From positions 64,001 through 128,000 of the forward strand of contig CAVUHW010000020.1 of the NCBI GenBank assembly GCA_963741205.1: a DNA stretch of 64,000 bases. Direction: 5' to 3'. A program made the translations under genes and the position numbers. How positions within the stretch are numbered: the stretch's first letter is position 1; each line of letters begins with the position of its first letter. The notes beneath the pieces were generated by a model, which saw only the letters and a list, made by a program, of their open reading frames with translations, was not told the DNA's origin and searched no databases. Below, piece by piece: positions 1-11,051 of the stretch. Source of the DNA: Nitrospirota bacterium (lineage in GTDB: Bacteria > Nitrospirota > UBA9217).

Positions 1-271
1 CAAGTGAGGGCTCGTGACCGGACAACATCCACTCAAGGCTGAGATGGTGCTTCAAGCAAATATTATAAAGCAACTCGGCAGTCGGCCGGACTTCACCTCG
101 CTCGATCTTGCTGACCTCAGCCCGCGTTATGCCGAATTGTTTCGCGAAGTCTGCCTGAGTAGCAGTACCCCGAACGTGCTTAATTTTGGACCCAAGCGCC
201 TTATAGTCGATCGCAATATATTCTCCAGTCAAAGCGTTCGGCCCAATAGCTCCTTTATCGTCTGTTGACAT
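1..271 (-). CDS. XRE/Cro-CI family HTH transcriptional regulator (partial, runs off the left edge; absent from the ORF track)
   Basis: Manual translation from ATG at 271 after an AGGAGG RBS: MSTDDKG...LGSKIKHVRGTATQADFAKQFGITRAEVSKIERGEVRPTAELLYNICLKHHLSLEWMLSG, a classic HTH_3 pattern. Confidence 0.85.
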   Translation of the reverse strand, partial: MSTDDKGAIGPNALTGEYIAIDYKALGSKIKHVRGTATQADFAKQFGITRAEVSKIERGEVRPTAELLYNICLKHHLSLEWMLSGHEPSL

Positions 272-302
272 AGCATACCTCCTGTTAATTATAATACCGG
301 AA

Positions 303-324
303 TGCGAATTCTGATATTTTCGCA
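303..324. promoter_or_regulatory. Palindrome TGCGAA-N10-TTCGCA, candidate operator of the XRE regulator
   Basis: Perfect 6-bp inverted repeat about 30 bp upstream of the XRE start codon. Confidence 0.4.
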
Positions 325-646
325 ATACATTATTGATCCACCGTATAAAGTATCTTGAATGAATATATGCTTGATACCCCGAGTTGTCAACGATTCCGAT
401 TGTATATGCCCGATTGGGTAGGTCGTGTGTTAAAAGATGGGTAGCTATGCTGCAGAATACTGTATGTACATTGCAGTGTTACGAAAAAAGTAACTACGTG
501 AGCTTCAGGGTGATCCTGTTGGCAGACGATCTGCCCTACCTTGAAGCTTTCCGTAATGGTTTCTAATGCTTAGTGCTATTAATTGTCACAATGTGTTGGA
601 ATGATAAACCGTGCGAATGTGTCGTCTAAGGTTCACAAACTGAAAG

Positions 647-729
647 GATTCGTCGGAATACGTGGCAGATTTGCCGGATTGAGTGGTGGTTTTCGTCGGG
701 ATAGGTGGAAAGATTCACCGGAATCAGAA
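647..729. repeat. Four tandem imperfect 18-23 bp repeats resembling an IS21-family terminal repeat array
   Basis: Units: GATTCGTCGGAATACGTGGCA / GATTTGCCGGATTGAGTGGTG / GTTTTCGTCGGGATAGGTGGAAA / GATTCACCGGAATCAGAA. Confidence 0.55.
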
Positions 730-787
730 CCGATACTGCCATATATCGAGTTCAACATAACGAATGTTCGGTATGACGGACTTTCCT

Positions 788-803
788 TGTGATCTATATC
801 ATA
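788..803 (+). promoter_or_regulatory. CRP/FNR-family binding site
   Basis: TGTGA-TCTATA-TCATA, centred about 42 bp upstream of the start site implied by the -10 TATCAT at 826-831. Confidence 0.55.
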
Positions 804-855
804 CCCTGCCCCCGGTATTGTGGAGTATCATTCCGAAAAGAAGGAGAAGAAAACG

Positions 856-1011
856 ATGCTTGCCTGCCCTTTTTGCGATGAACAACTGCAGACAAAGAGT
901 TCTGAAGGATGGGCCTGCCGGTGCGGGGAGACAATCCCGTTCGGCATGGAGAAAGACGACGAGGAGAATTGCGCCCGCTGTCCGGTCATGAACTGCCCGA
1001 GAAGGAAATAG
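856..1011 (+). CDS. Small Cys-rich protein (51 aa)
   Basis: AAGGAG RBS then MLACPFC...CRC...CARCPVMNC; 7 Cys. Confidence 0.6.
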   Translation: MLACPFCDEQLQTKSSEGWACRCGETIPFGMEKDDEENCARCPVMNCPRRK

Positions 1012-1047
1012 CCGTAATCGCCTCTTTCGAACGCATGCCCGCGAAAT

Positions 1048-1614
1048 TTAGTCTCTTTTCCCGATCGAAAATGCCTTTCCGATATAATCTCCGATGCCGT
1101 AATAGGCTCGTTGCCCCGCGTCAAAGACAAACGGCTTTACTTTCAGAATGTCCGCCATCCCCTGCTCTCCCAGCACCGATTCTTCGGCCTTGATGTCCAT
1201 GATCTCGCCGACAAATTGAGTATGGAGCCCGATCTCCACGGTGTGAAGCAGCTTGCACTCGATCACTACAGGGAATTCGTTTACATAAGGGGCATCGACT
1301 AGCCCGCTTCGAACAGGAGTGAGCCCGGTCATCGCAAACTTATCGACGCTTTTCCCCGAGACGGTGCCGACGTAATCCGCCTCTTTTATCAACGCTACTG
1401 AAGGGATATTAATGGTGAACGCCTTGTGACCGACGATATTCCCGTGCGTGTAGGTCACCTTGCGGATGGCAACGGCAATGCACGGAGGCTGCGAACAGCA
1501 GATCCCACCCCATGCGATCGTCATCATGTTCGGTTTGCCCTGCGCATCATAACTTCCGACTACCCAGACTGGCGCAGGCTGAGCGAGAGTCCTGGCCCCG
1601 AGCGATTTCTTCAT
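1048..1614 (-). CDS. Flavin reductase family protein (flavoredoxin-like)
   Basis: PAPVWVVGSYD...PNMMTIAWGG...FTINIP...ECKL...GLHTQFVGEI motifs. Confidence 0.9.
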   Translation of the reverse strand: MKKSLGARTLAQPAPVWVVGSYDAQGKPNMMTIAWGGICCSQPPCIAVAIRKVTYTHGNIVGHKAFTINIPSVALIKEADYVGTVSGKSVDKFAMTGLTPVRSGLVDAPYVNEFPVVIECKLLHTVEIGLHTQFVGEIMDIKAEESVLGEQGMADILKVKPFVFDAGQRAYYGIGDYIGKAFSIGKRD

Positions 1615-1691
1615 AATGACCTCCCTAATGTTTTGCAAGTAACTATATCATGAATTCCATCAATTGTATAAAAAAGAAACGGCGCTCAAAT

Positions 1692-2198
1692 TCATTCCCT
1701 TTCCGGCACCAGTTGATGAAACAGGTTCGATTCCCGCTTGTAAAACCCTTCGGTGTGGAACGAATCAGGCAGACGATACAAATGATAATCCAGATGATGA
1801 CAGAGCTCGTGAAGAAGCGTACGCAGAAATGCGCGGAACGCAACGACACGCTTGTGTTTGGCCGTTCGCATCCAGAGCGAAATGACCGCCGAAGCCCTGC
1901 CTTCGGCCAGTTCGTACAAGCCGTGGAGTTCTCCCCACGTGGCGGACGGCCGGACCGCAAGCACTCTAACGCGAAGCGGAGGGACTCCCAGCCGGATTAA
2001 CATCCCCAAAGCCAAAGCCCGGCATATCTCCTCGATCTGCTCCCGATCTTCCTGCTCCAACGCCGAAGCCAGGCGCACTATGAGCGGCTGCAGCGCTTCC
2101 GGTTCTGGTAGAAGGATGGAATGAATCTCATCACTCTTCCGGTAGATGCGTTTCTGGGTGGCCGATAGTCTGTTGTAGTAGGAAAAGACCATGTTCAA
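1692..2198 (-). CDS. Hypothetical zincin-like metalloprotease (SprT/WLM/YgjP-like)
   Basis: TLLHELCHH (HExxH) followed by SFHTEGFY. Confidence 0.7.
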   Translation of the reverse strand: MNMVFSYYNRLSATQKRIYRKSDEIHSILLPEPEALQPLIVRLASALEQEDREQIEEICRALALGMLIRLGVPPLRVRVLAVRPSATWGELHGLYELAEGRASAVISLWMRTAKHKRVVAFRAFLRTLLHELCHHLDYHLYRLPDSFHTEGFYKRESNLFHQLVPERE

Positions 2199-2588
2199 TT
2201 CCGGGCCCGCTGCCCGTCTCTATTTCCGCGCATACCAGATGCGGGAGTGTAAACGTCATCTCATCGACTTGTCCTTGCATAGTTCCATGATTTATCTCCG
2301 TCACCGCTTTAAATTGTTTCCTGCGGCATAATTAATTACCGGACCAATGATTTGAGGATATCAAAATGGAGGGGGGGCGTCAAATATCTGGTGACCCTCG
2401 TTCTTCATTTCAAGATCCGACCCGGATGATTCACAGAAAGAGTCAAGCTTTTATGCCCGGGACAGTGTATAATGAATCATCCAAGAGAAGAGTATATTCA
2501 GGCGCATCGGAATTATCCCTCTCTTCGAGCGGTTTCACGGGACAAACGTCCGTCACGAACAATGCGAAATATTCACGAGGAGGTTTTT

Positions 2589-2996
2589 ATGCAGGAAAAC
2601 AATTCGGCAGGGAAAAGTGTTGAGTCCTATTGCGGCAAGTGCAGGCTGAATCGCGACCATACGATCATGTCAATGGATGCAGAGGCGATCGCCAGGGTGA
2701 GATGTAAAACCTGCGGCAGCATGCACAAATACCGGGGTGTGGTTGATGCCCAAAAAGTCCGTAAGCCGAGGGCAAAAATAGTTGTGGGAGATTCAGCGAC
2801 AGCGGAGTTCCTGTGGGAGGCCGGTCTCGCGGAGGCAAAAGGGAAAGAGTGTGATTATGACATGGCCGCGAAATACCGCGTAGGCGATGTGGTCAACCAT
2901 AATACCTTCGGCAAAGGAATCGTGATGAAGCTCTATGCCAATAAATGCGAAATGCTTTTCAGGGACAGGGAGCGGCTGATGGCCTCTACCAATTAA
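2589..2996 (+). CDS. Zn-ribbon plus Tudor-like domain protein
   Basis: GAGGAGG RBS; CGKC and CKTC pairs; C-terminal YRVGDVVNHNTFGKGIV. Confidence 0.75.
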   Translation: MQENNSAGKSVESYCGKCRLNRDHTIMSMDAEAIARVRCKTCGSMHKYRGVVDAQKVRKPRAKIVVGDSATAEFLWEAGLAEAKGKECDYDMAAKYRVGDVVNHNTFGKGIVMKLYANKCEMLFRDRERLMASTN

Positions 2997-3049
2997 CAAC
3001 GACCAAAAGCATACCCGCAAACATCAACCGGCATTCGTCGTAAAAGTAA

Positions 3050-3364
3050 TTAATCCACTTCCCGGAGCACTTTAAGGGAGACACTCTCGATTATGTGGTA
3101 AACCTTTTCCCGGTAATCCCGCATGTGAGGCGATCCGAGATGAGCATGAAGCGCCTCGATGCTCTCCCACTTCTCAAGAATAGTGACGACATTTTCATCG
3201 AAGACCTGCGGCGGTAGTTTTGCGTCGATATCGACCGTGGGCAAATATTCTATACACCCCTTTTCTCTTCTCACCACCGGTATATTGGCTTTCAGAATCG
3301 CAAGATAATCGGAGAGCCTTCCTGTCTTCACACAAATCGAGGCAATTACATTGATCATGGCCAT
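3050..3364 (-). CDS. Antibiotic biosynthesis monooxygenase (ABM)/putative quinol monooxygenase
   Basis: EKGCIEY...ILEKWESIEALHAHLGSPHM. Confidence 0.88.
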   Translation of the reverse strand: MAMINVIASICVKTGRLSDYLAILKANIPVVRREKGCIEYLPTVDIDAKLPPQVFDENVVTILEKWESIEALHAHLGSPHMRDYREKVYHIIESVSLKVLREVD

Positions 3365-3420
3365 CTCCTTTTTTATTCATAAAACGAGCTAGGAGGACGT
3401 CAAACCGCAAGGCCCGGCCC

Positions 3421-5207
3421 CTAAGATTCTCTCAAGGCGCCTGCTGCTCCAGCGCCCGGCATCAGGCTGCACTCGTTGAATACGCGGAGGCTGCACACCC
3501 GGCACCGTTCCGGATCGAGCCGCGGAACGAGCTGCGGATAGCGGCCTTCTTGGAGCCCAGGATATTCTCCTCGCCGATACGGTCGATATACCCGCCCCGG
3601 TGCAGCGTCTCGACCACCTCGCCCTTCAGGGAGCAGAGATAGAGCTTTCTGCCCTCCATATGCAGACGGTGCGCTTCGTTCGCCAGGGTTTCACACCCTG
3701 CCACATCGATGAAGTTGATGCCGCTGCCCACGATCAGGATATGGGCCTGTTCGGGGCTTTCCTGCGTCACAGCGTGCAACTGCTCGGCAAAATAATTCAC
3801 GGCGCCGAAGAAGAGCGACCCGTCCACGCGCAGGATCTTGAGCTGGGGACATTCGGGCAGGTGCGTCCGTTCGATATTGATGAGGCGCTGATGATCGTCT
3901 CTGATGCTCGGGAGCGAGCGTCACGAACCCGGGATGGGATGTCCGGTTCAGGTAGAGCAGGAGCGAGAGCATGACGCCGACATAGATCGCAAACTCCAGT
4001 TCCACGAAAAGCGTGGCAAGGAAGGTGACCGCAAGCACCACGGCCTCCTGAGCGGCTCGTTCTGATGATCATGGCGATATGGTGAAAGTCGATGAGGTTC
4101 CAGGCCACCAGCAGCAGGACCCCAGCCATGGCCGGGATCGGCAGATACGCCGTGAGCGGCGCGATCAGGAGCAGGATGAGCAGGAGCGCTGCTGCCGCGA
4201 ATACGGCGGCCAGGGGCGTCCGCGCGCCTGCGTCGAAATTCACGCCCGTGCGGGTAAAGGAGCCTGATGACGCGTAGCTCGAGAAGAAGCTGCCGACTAT
4301 GTTCGCCAGGCCCTGGCCGATGAACTCCTGGTTGCTGTCGATGCGCTGATGGGACCGCGTGGCAACCGCGCGGGCGATGGAGACCGCCTCGGCCAGGCCG
4401 AGCATGGCCACTGCCAGCGCTGCCGGGGCAAGACTTCGGATGTTCTGCGTCGAGAGGTCGGGCATCGAAAACGGCGGCAGGTGCGCGGGCAGCGAACCCA
4501 GGAGGCGCACGCCGTGCTCCTTCCCGTTCAGGACGAGGGACAGAAGACTGCCGATGACCATGGCGAAGAGCATGCCCGGCAGCTTCGGCAGAAAGCGCTT
4601 GAACAGGAGCGCGAATGCGAGCGTAGCAGCGGCGATCGCGATAACGACGGGATTGATGACGGACAGATGCTGCGCGAGGTCCGCCCAGACATGGATGAAA
4701 GCGTGGCGCTTGGACCCGGGAACGCCGAGGAAATTGCTGAGCTGGCTCGTGCCGATCAGGAGCGCTGCGCCCGCCGTGAACCCCACCACCACGGAATGGG
4801 ACACGAAGTTCACGAGCGCCCCGAGCCGCGCAACGCCGAGGGAGAGCTGGAACAGGCCCGCCAGGAACGTGATGGTCAGTACCATCTCGATGTACGTCGG
4901 CGCTGCCCGCCTGCGCCAGGGGGCTGACACTCGTGAAGAGCACGATGGAGATGGCCGTGGTCGGGCCGGAGACCAGGTGATAGGACGAGCCAAAAAGCGC
5001 GGCAACGACGGCAGGGACAATGGCGGTATAGAGACCGAACTCCGGCGGCAAACCCGCGATCATGGCAAAGGCCACGCCTTGCGGCAGGACAATGATCGCG
5101 CCGGTCAGGCCTGCCATGAGATCGTGCCGCAGCGTCCGTCTGCTTACCTGCGGCCACCAGTCCGCCGCGGGGAACAGACGTTTGACCAGTGTATTCCAGT
5201 CCCTCAT
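3421..5207 (-). CDS. SulP/SLC26 anion permease with STAS domain (split by indels)
   Basis: DLMAGLTGAIIVLPQGVAFA, NQEFIGQGLANI, SGSFTRT and STAS DGSLFFGA...INFIDVAG across several frames. Confidence 0.9.
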
Positions 5208-5255
5208 GCCCTCTCCCTCTTCGTTTCTTACTACTAACTTCCCACCTCTAACTTC

Positions 5256-6170
5256 TCACTTCTTACTTGTTTTAATGAACGTGCCATTTTTATACTCTTC
5301 AAACGCGGTATACAGTTCCTCCTCGGTATTCATGACAATCGGGCCGTACCATGCGACTGGTTCGTTGATCGGCTTCCCGGAAATAAGCAGGAAACGCATG
5401 GGCTCCTTCTCCGTTGTTGCCATGACCTGATCGCCGTTCTTGAACAGAACGAGTGAACCGTTGCCGATTGCAGGGTCCGTCTGCATATCGAAATAATTGT
5501 CGCCTTCGACCGCATGGGAAAACGGTTTCCGCTCGCGGCAGAAGAAACCTTTTCCTTCTATGACATAAGCGAAGACCGTATGACCTTGCTTGGTCGGATG
5601 CGTATAGGCGGAACCCGCCGGCATGCTCACGTCAAGATATTCCGGGTCGATGACGATGTCCTTCACCGGGCCTTGCTTTCCGTCGATTGCCCCGCAGATG
5701 ATCCTGATCCTGACGCCGTTCTTCAGCGCCACTTCCGGCACCTGCGAGCGCTTCACGTCCCGGTAGCGGGGGTCCATCATTTTATGGGACCGGGGCAGAT
5801 TGGCCCAGAGCTGAAACCCTTCCATCTTTCCCTCGCTGTCGCCTTTCGGCATTTCCTGATGGATAATGCCGCTCCCCGCGGTCATCCACTGCGTGTCGCC
5901 GGTCGATATCACCCCCTTGTTCCCCATGCTGTCCCCGTGCTCCACATCACCTCGCAGCACGTACGTAATCGTCTCGATGCCACGGTGCGGGTGCCACGGG
6001 AATCCCTTGATATAGTGTTCGGGATCGTCGGAGCGGAAATCGTCAAGCAAAAGAAACGGATCGAACAGAGGCACTTCGCGAAAGCCGAACACCCGGTGCA
6101 AATGGACCCCTGCGCCTTCGATCGTGGGTTTGGCTTTTAATATTGTCCGGATCTCTCGTGTCGTGGTCAT
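5256..6170 (-). CDS. Pirin family protein
   Basis: DPFLLLDDF, GFPWHPHRGIETITY, WMTAGSGIIHQE, YGPIVMNT. Confidence 0.95.
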   Translation of the reverse strand: MTTTREIRTILKAKPTIEGAGVHLHRVFGFREVPLFDPFLLLDDFRSDDPEHYIKGFPWHPHRGIETITYVLRGDVEHGDSMGNKGVISTGDTQWMTAGSGIIHQEMPKGDSEGKMEGFQLWANLPRSHKMMDPRYRDVKRSQVPEVALKNGVRIRIICGAIDGKQGPVKDIVIDPEYLDVSMPAGSAYTHPTKQGHTVFAYVIEGKGFFCRERKPFSHAVEGDNYFDMQTDPAIGNGSLVLFKNGDQVMATTEKEPMRFLLISGKPINEPVAWYGPIVMNTEEELYTAFEEYKNGTFIKTSKK

Positions 6171-6237
6171 GTGATACCTCCGTCGGGAAGTTGCGATGTT
6201 TCAAGTATACCAGTTACCAATCCTTCTCGGGTCAGGT

Positions 6238-6813
<576 letters not shown>

Positions 6814-7010
6814 GCGGGCTCTCCCGGGGGCTGAGTCTGCTGCGACCCGGCTGACAAATCCGGATTGCCATATTGAAGTAATTATAGCAATCCGGGAGTA
6901 AGATATGTTCCAGGAGAGTCAGGGCGGGGTTGATTGAGAAGCGGTAGCAGTGATTTCAAGAAGAATAAGTAAAGACACGAATGATCTCCAATATCATCAA
7001 TAAAAGTCAT

Positions 7011-7288
7011 TCATGCCGCCTCCTGCGCGACCCGCATGAGGGATTCTATATGCTCCCATATTTTTTCCGGGGGGCATACCAGGCGGCGTCAGTTATGGTA
7101 ATGGAGAGTTTCGATGCTTCCTCGTTCCACTCCCCAAGTAATCGTACGCCGTGAGTCCGCGTGTCAACATCCCACGGGTTGGTTCCGGTCACGAGAGAAC
7201 CATGATCGGCCAAAACCTTGAATATGGAGTCGATCTGGGATTTATTGATGTTCTCGAAGGTACGCGTACCGTAGTTTCGCACAACCAC
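7011..7288 (-). CDS. Hypothetical protein (probable indel near the 3' end)
   Basis: 80-aa ORF; adding one base to a poly-A run extends it to a stop at 7011. Confidence 0.5.
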
Positions 7289-7547
7289 CCTTCCTGGGGA
7301 CCTCGACTGGGGCGCGTATGCGACATGATTTCCCCTAATCCATACTTCACGACAGAGCTACGCTCGACGACGGTGCAATATTTCGGCGTAACCCCAGGTT
7401 CACTTCTTGTATTTAGGGTGGTATAAACAAATGGAACCCTGAGCGAAGCACTTCACGCCCAGGGTTCATAGGCTTGGTGGGCCTATCTTTACTCTTAGTA
7501 TAGCACAGATCCTGCGCCGAATACAATTTGGGCATTAGCCCGCCTAG

Positions 7548-7583
7548 CTCCCCTTCCAGCCACGAGCCGGTCCGTTCTCCCTT
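7548..7583. repeat. Copy 1 of a 36-37 bp direct repeat
   Basis: CTCCCCTTCCAGCCACGAGCCGGTCCGTTCTCCCTT, near-identical to 9313-9349. Confidence 0.85.
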
Positions 7584-7606
7584 TTTCTCCTCGCCCCAGC
7601 ATTTTT

Positions 7607-8944
7607 TCATTGAAGAAGCAACTCTTTTTTTGCAGAAGAAACCTCAAACAGCCGGGGCTTGGGAAGGCCGAATCGGGTCGACAATGAACTGGGATAGGGG
7701 AGATAATTCAGGTTGGCCTGCAACAGTACTTTGCCCTGAAAATCCTTAGGGATTTTGAAATAAAACGTTTCTTTCCGGATTTCCGATGCGTTCAGCCGGT
7801 TATCAAATATTATCTTGACGGCATCGTAAAACGCCAGGGTTTGATTTCCTGCTTCGTCGACAAAGACCACGCGATAGATCCGGCTCCCAGGAAGTATATC
7901 AGCACCTAAAAGTTCCTTGTCAGACGGACCTTCCCCCGTGCGATCATATCTGCCGGCTCCCGCAGGGACCGGGATGAAGACTTTCTTGTTCCCGTTATAA
8001 GCTGCAAGCTCCAGCCACATGTGCCGGAGTTCCTTGCTCCCGGATGGCATCTTGTGCCCTGTCTTTGAATTATCGACAACGACATGGATTTTTATTTCAT
8101 CGCCGGGAGACGCAACCGTTTTTTCTGTTTCTATAATCAGGGTGATCGTCTCCGCCTCTGCTATCTGGGTCTGGGAATGAGCTCCCGGGAACCGGTGGGT
8201 ATACAGGGTTGACCGGTATCGCCCGCCGATACCGAACGTACTGGAAGGGTTAGAAGCCCTCCCCGATTCATAGACCGGTTTTCCCTCTTGGAGGAAGCCT
8301 TTGAGATTCATATGGCAGTCCTGGCATTGAATGCCCTCGGCTGCATAGCGGCTGTTCTTCCATTCCGTGAACGTGGACTTTACTTCGAGTCCATGGTGGT
8401 TTGTCGCGTTATGGCAGATCCCGCACATTTCGCTCTTCGTCTGGAGTTCGGAATAGACATGATGCCAATTGTCCCCCCCGCTAAAAGGTCCCAACTTGCG
8501 ATCCGGACTCGGCTCGGGTATGAAATTTCCATTTCCAGGCGCCGTTCCCTCGAATCCCTTTATGGCATGACAAAAATCACAGACAATACCCGACATCTCA
8601 GGATCTACTTGGTCTTTTGATGTGATGAGATCCCTGCGTCTGAAGGCATCGATGGGAGAATGACATGCGATGCAGGCCCTTGCTTCTTGAACAAAAACAG
8701 CATTTTTTTTAGCCCGGGGAAGGACCTCTTTAAAGTATTGCGCTTCAAACAGGGGGTCTGAAAAGGCTTTCGCATTTGAGATTCCGAATGTTGATTAAGG
8801 ATAGCGGCGTGGCAGGTTTCGCATGTTGCAGAGGGTTGATAACCTTTATACGTTATTTGGTGCGGCGTCCAGACATTCGAAGGTTGACAGTATAATACAG
8901 CATACAATGAATGCCGGATTCAGAAGAACAATCAAGGTCTTCAT
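7607..8944 (-). CDS. Pentaheme c-type cytochrome, cytochrome c554-like N-terminus (split by indels)
   Basis: CETCH, CIACH, CDFCH, CGICH, CQDCH; HRFPGAH; GHKMPSG. Confidence 0.85.
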
Positions 8945-9312
8945 TATTGCGGGCGCTCCCTTTGTCAGCACACGAGTGTTTGCCGTGCTTGAAGAGTGAA
9001 AGTATCGGAACAGAGTATGATCACACCATAGCAAACATTCTCTCTTTCGTCAAATCGTAAATAATCCTGTATCAGGTGATGATATCTTTCGCAACAATGG
9101 CGCTCCCGTGCAGACAAAATATCCCGTCCACCGTTTCAGTCATTGAACCATGATCAAGACGATCGTATCATCGGTAGCAATGATTTTAAACGGTCCTTTC
9201 GGTTTTTTGGGTCGTTTTCGCCGGCCCATACTCTCACAACACGGCCGTTTTTATAATGCACTTCAAATTCATAATCAGTGCCCTCGAACTGAATATGGGT
9301 CGTTGTTCCATC

Positions 9313-9349
9313 CTCCCCTTCCAGCCACGAGGCTGGTCTGTTCTCCCTT
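9313..9349. repeat. Copy 2 of the 36-37 bp direct repeat
   Basis: CTCCCCTTCCAGCCACGAGGCTGGTCTGTTCTCCCTT, with a perfect CCAGCC/GGCTGG stem. Confidence 0.85.
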
Positions 9350-9351
9350 AT

Positions 9352-9844
9352 TTAACTTAAACTCATACACATGTTCCGCGGTTTAAGGATTATTACTTCC
9401 GGCAACACTTTTTCCACCTCTGCCTCGCCGAGGTATTGCCGGGCCCATCTCTTGTGCTCGTCGGCCGCCTCTTCTTTGCCTGTTATCTTTGCCGATTTCC
9501 TGGCCTCATCCAGATGTAAGAGACCAAAGTGCCCGTTGCTTCTCCCGGCACAATTTGTCGACGAGGAGAAGGTATTCCCACACGCACTTTTTGTGTTCGT
9601 AAACCAATTTTTCTTCGTCCGGGCTCTTCGCAATTTTCTTGTCTTCCTTCCCGCTGAAGGAACGGAGTGCTTGTCTGTTCTGGTGGCACTGTTCATTGAT
9701 GCGGAACTCGTCTTCCGTACTCTGCAGATAGTGCTTCCAGTGATTCTCGACATCTTCTAGAGGCCTGCATTTCATCTCCTCGGCCACGGTGACCGAGGCG
9801 AACATAGTCACGAACAAGACTGCTAACGTTATGTTCTTAACCAT
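9352..9844 (-). CDS. Hypothetical secreted protein (probably one gene split by an indel)
   Basis: Signal peptide MVKNITLAVLFVTMFASVTVA; continues in the overlapping frame (HFGLLHLDEARK...). Confidence 0.55.
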
Positions 9845-10382
9845 AGCGGGTCCCCGCTTATTTAAAGCATGTCGCGGCGGTCAGCAAAGACTTAAAGAAC
9901 CACAGTGGCGCGTTTTGTCCGAGAATCTAAGTTTTTTGAATTGATTCTTGATAAATTAAATCGATTCCATACCCTCGGCCAACACCCATGCGGTGACTCC
10001 ATGCTCACGGTCTATGAAGTACGTGATAGGAATTGGATTTTAATGATGGCTGCCGCTCATAAATCTTGAATGCCCTCTAGTGCAAGTATATCAGTGGAAT
10101 GGATACACCGCAAGCGCTTGATTGATATTCTTGTTGTTAACGCGGCCTGAGCGATTAAAGAATTATAAGCGCAGTTGGTCTTTTACAAGGATCAAAAGAA
10201 TACGTTGAGGGCTAGGAGGGCTAAAGTCTCAGTTCACAGTTCAGAGTTATCCCAGTGCGGAGCGCATCGATTTCGGATTGTGGATTGCGGAATGGGACAA
10301 AATAAAGTCGTAATTTCCATAGCATTGACGAGAATGACAAGGATTAAGAAATGACTTCCTAATTCCTCCTGTCGCAAAAACC

Positions 10383-10931
10383 TCATATCCAGTATTCCGG
10401 ATACCTTCTGTTCTTCGAAAGATTATTGACCAGCAGGGCGACGATCAGGAGGATGACCGCACCTGCTCCCGCGGGAACGAACGCGTACAGGAAGCCGAGG
10501 TTGTGCACCTTGGCTCCGCCGATCACGGCGATAAGTGCTGTGGCCCCTCCCGGGGGATGGAGTGTTTTTGTCGCGAGCATGGCGATGATGGCCAGCGAAA
10601 CGGCCATGGCGGCCGCAAGCCAGGTGATGTCACCGAAGAGCCGGTAGCAGGCCACGCCGACAAGGGCTGAGAAGACATGGCCGCCGATAAGGTTCCGGGG
10701 CTGCGCCAGGGGGCTCTTGATCGCGGCGTAGACAAGGACAGCCGAGGCGCCGAAGGAACCAATGAGTAGTGACAGGTCCCGGGGTTCGAAATATCGCGAC
10801 GAGAGATATGCGCAAAGCCCGATGCCGATTACTGCTCCGATCCACGACCAGAGGAGTTCATGCATCGGCACTGCCGGCGGGCTCTTCGCTCCGCCTTTCA
10901 TCTTGGAAAGATATACTGTGATAGTCATCAA
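10383..10931 (-). CDS. HPP family membrane protein
   Basis: GSFGASAVLVY, SPLAQPRNLIGGH, TLHPPGGATAL. Confidence 0.95.
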   Translation of the reverse strand: MMTITVYLSKMKGGAKSPPAVPMHELLWSWIGAVIGIGLCAYLSSRYFEPRDLSLLIGSFGASAVLVYAAIKSPLAQPRNLIGGHVFSALVGVACYRLFGDITWLAAAMAVSLAIIAMLATKTLHPPGGATALIAVIGGAKVHNLGFLYAFVPAGAGAVILLIVALLVNNLSKNRRYPEYWI

Positions 10932-11051
10932 TCACTCACTAAAGTCCCCCCACCCCCGCTTCAGCGATGCAGGGGGTAGCTCTTAATCCCCTTCCCCGGA
11001 TGGCGAGGAAGCTGTTAGGAAGACATCCGCATTCCGCAAATTTAAAAATCG

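Noticed and set aside
647-729. Possible CRISPR array (also the 21-bp tandem at 34104)
   Set aside because: The units are adjacent with no unique spacers, and no cas genes are present.
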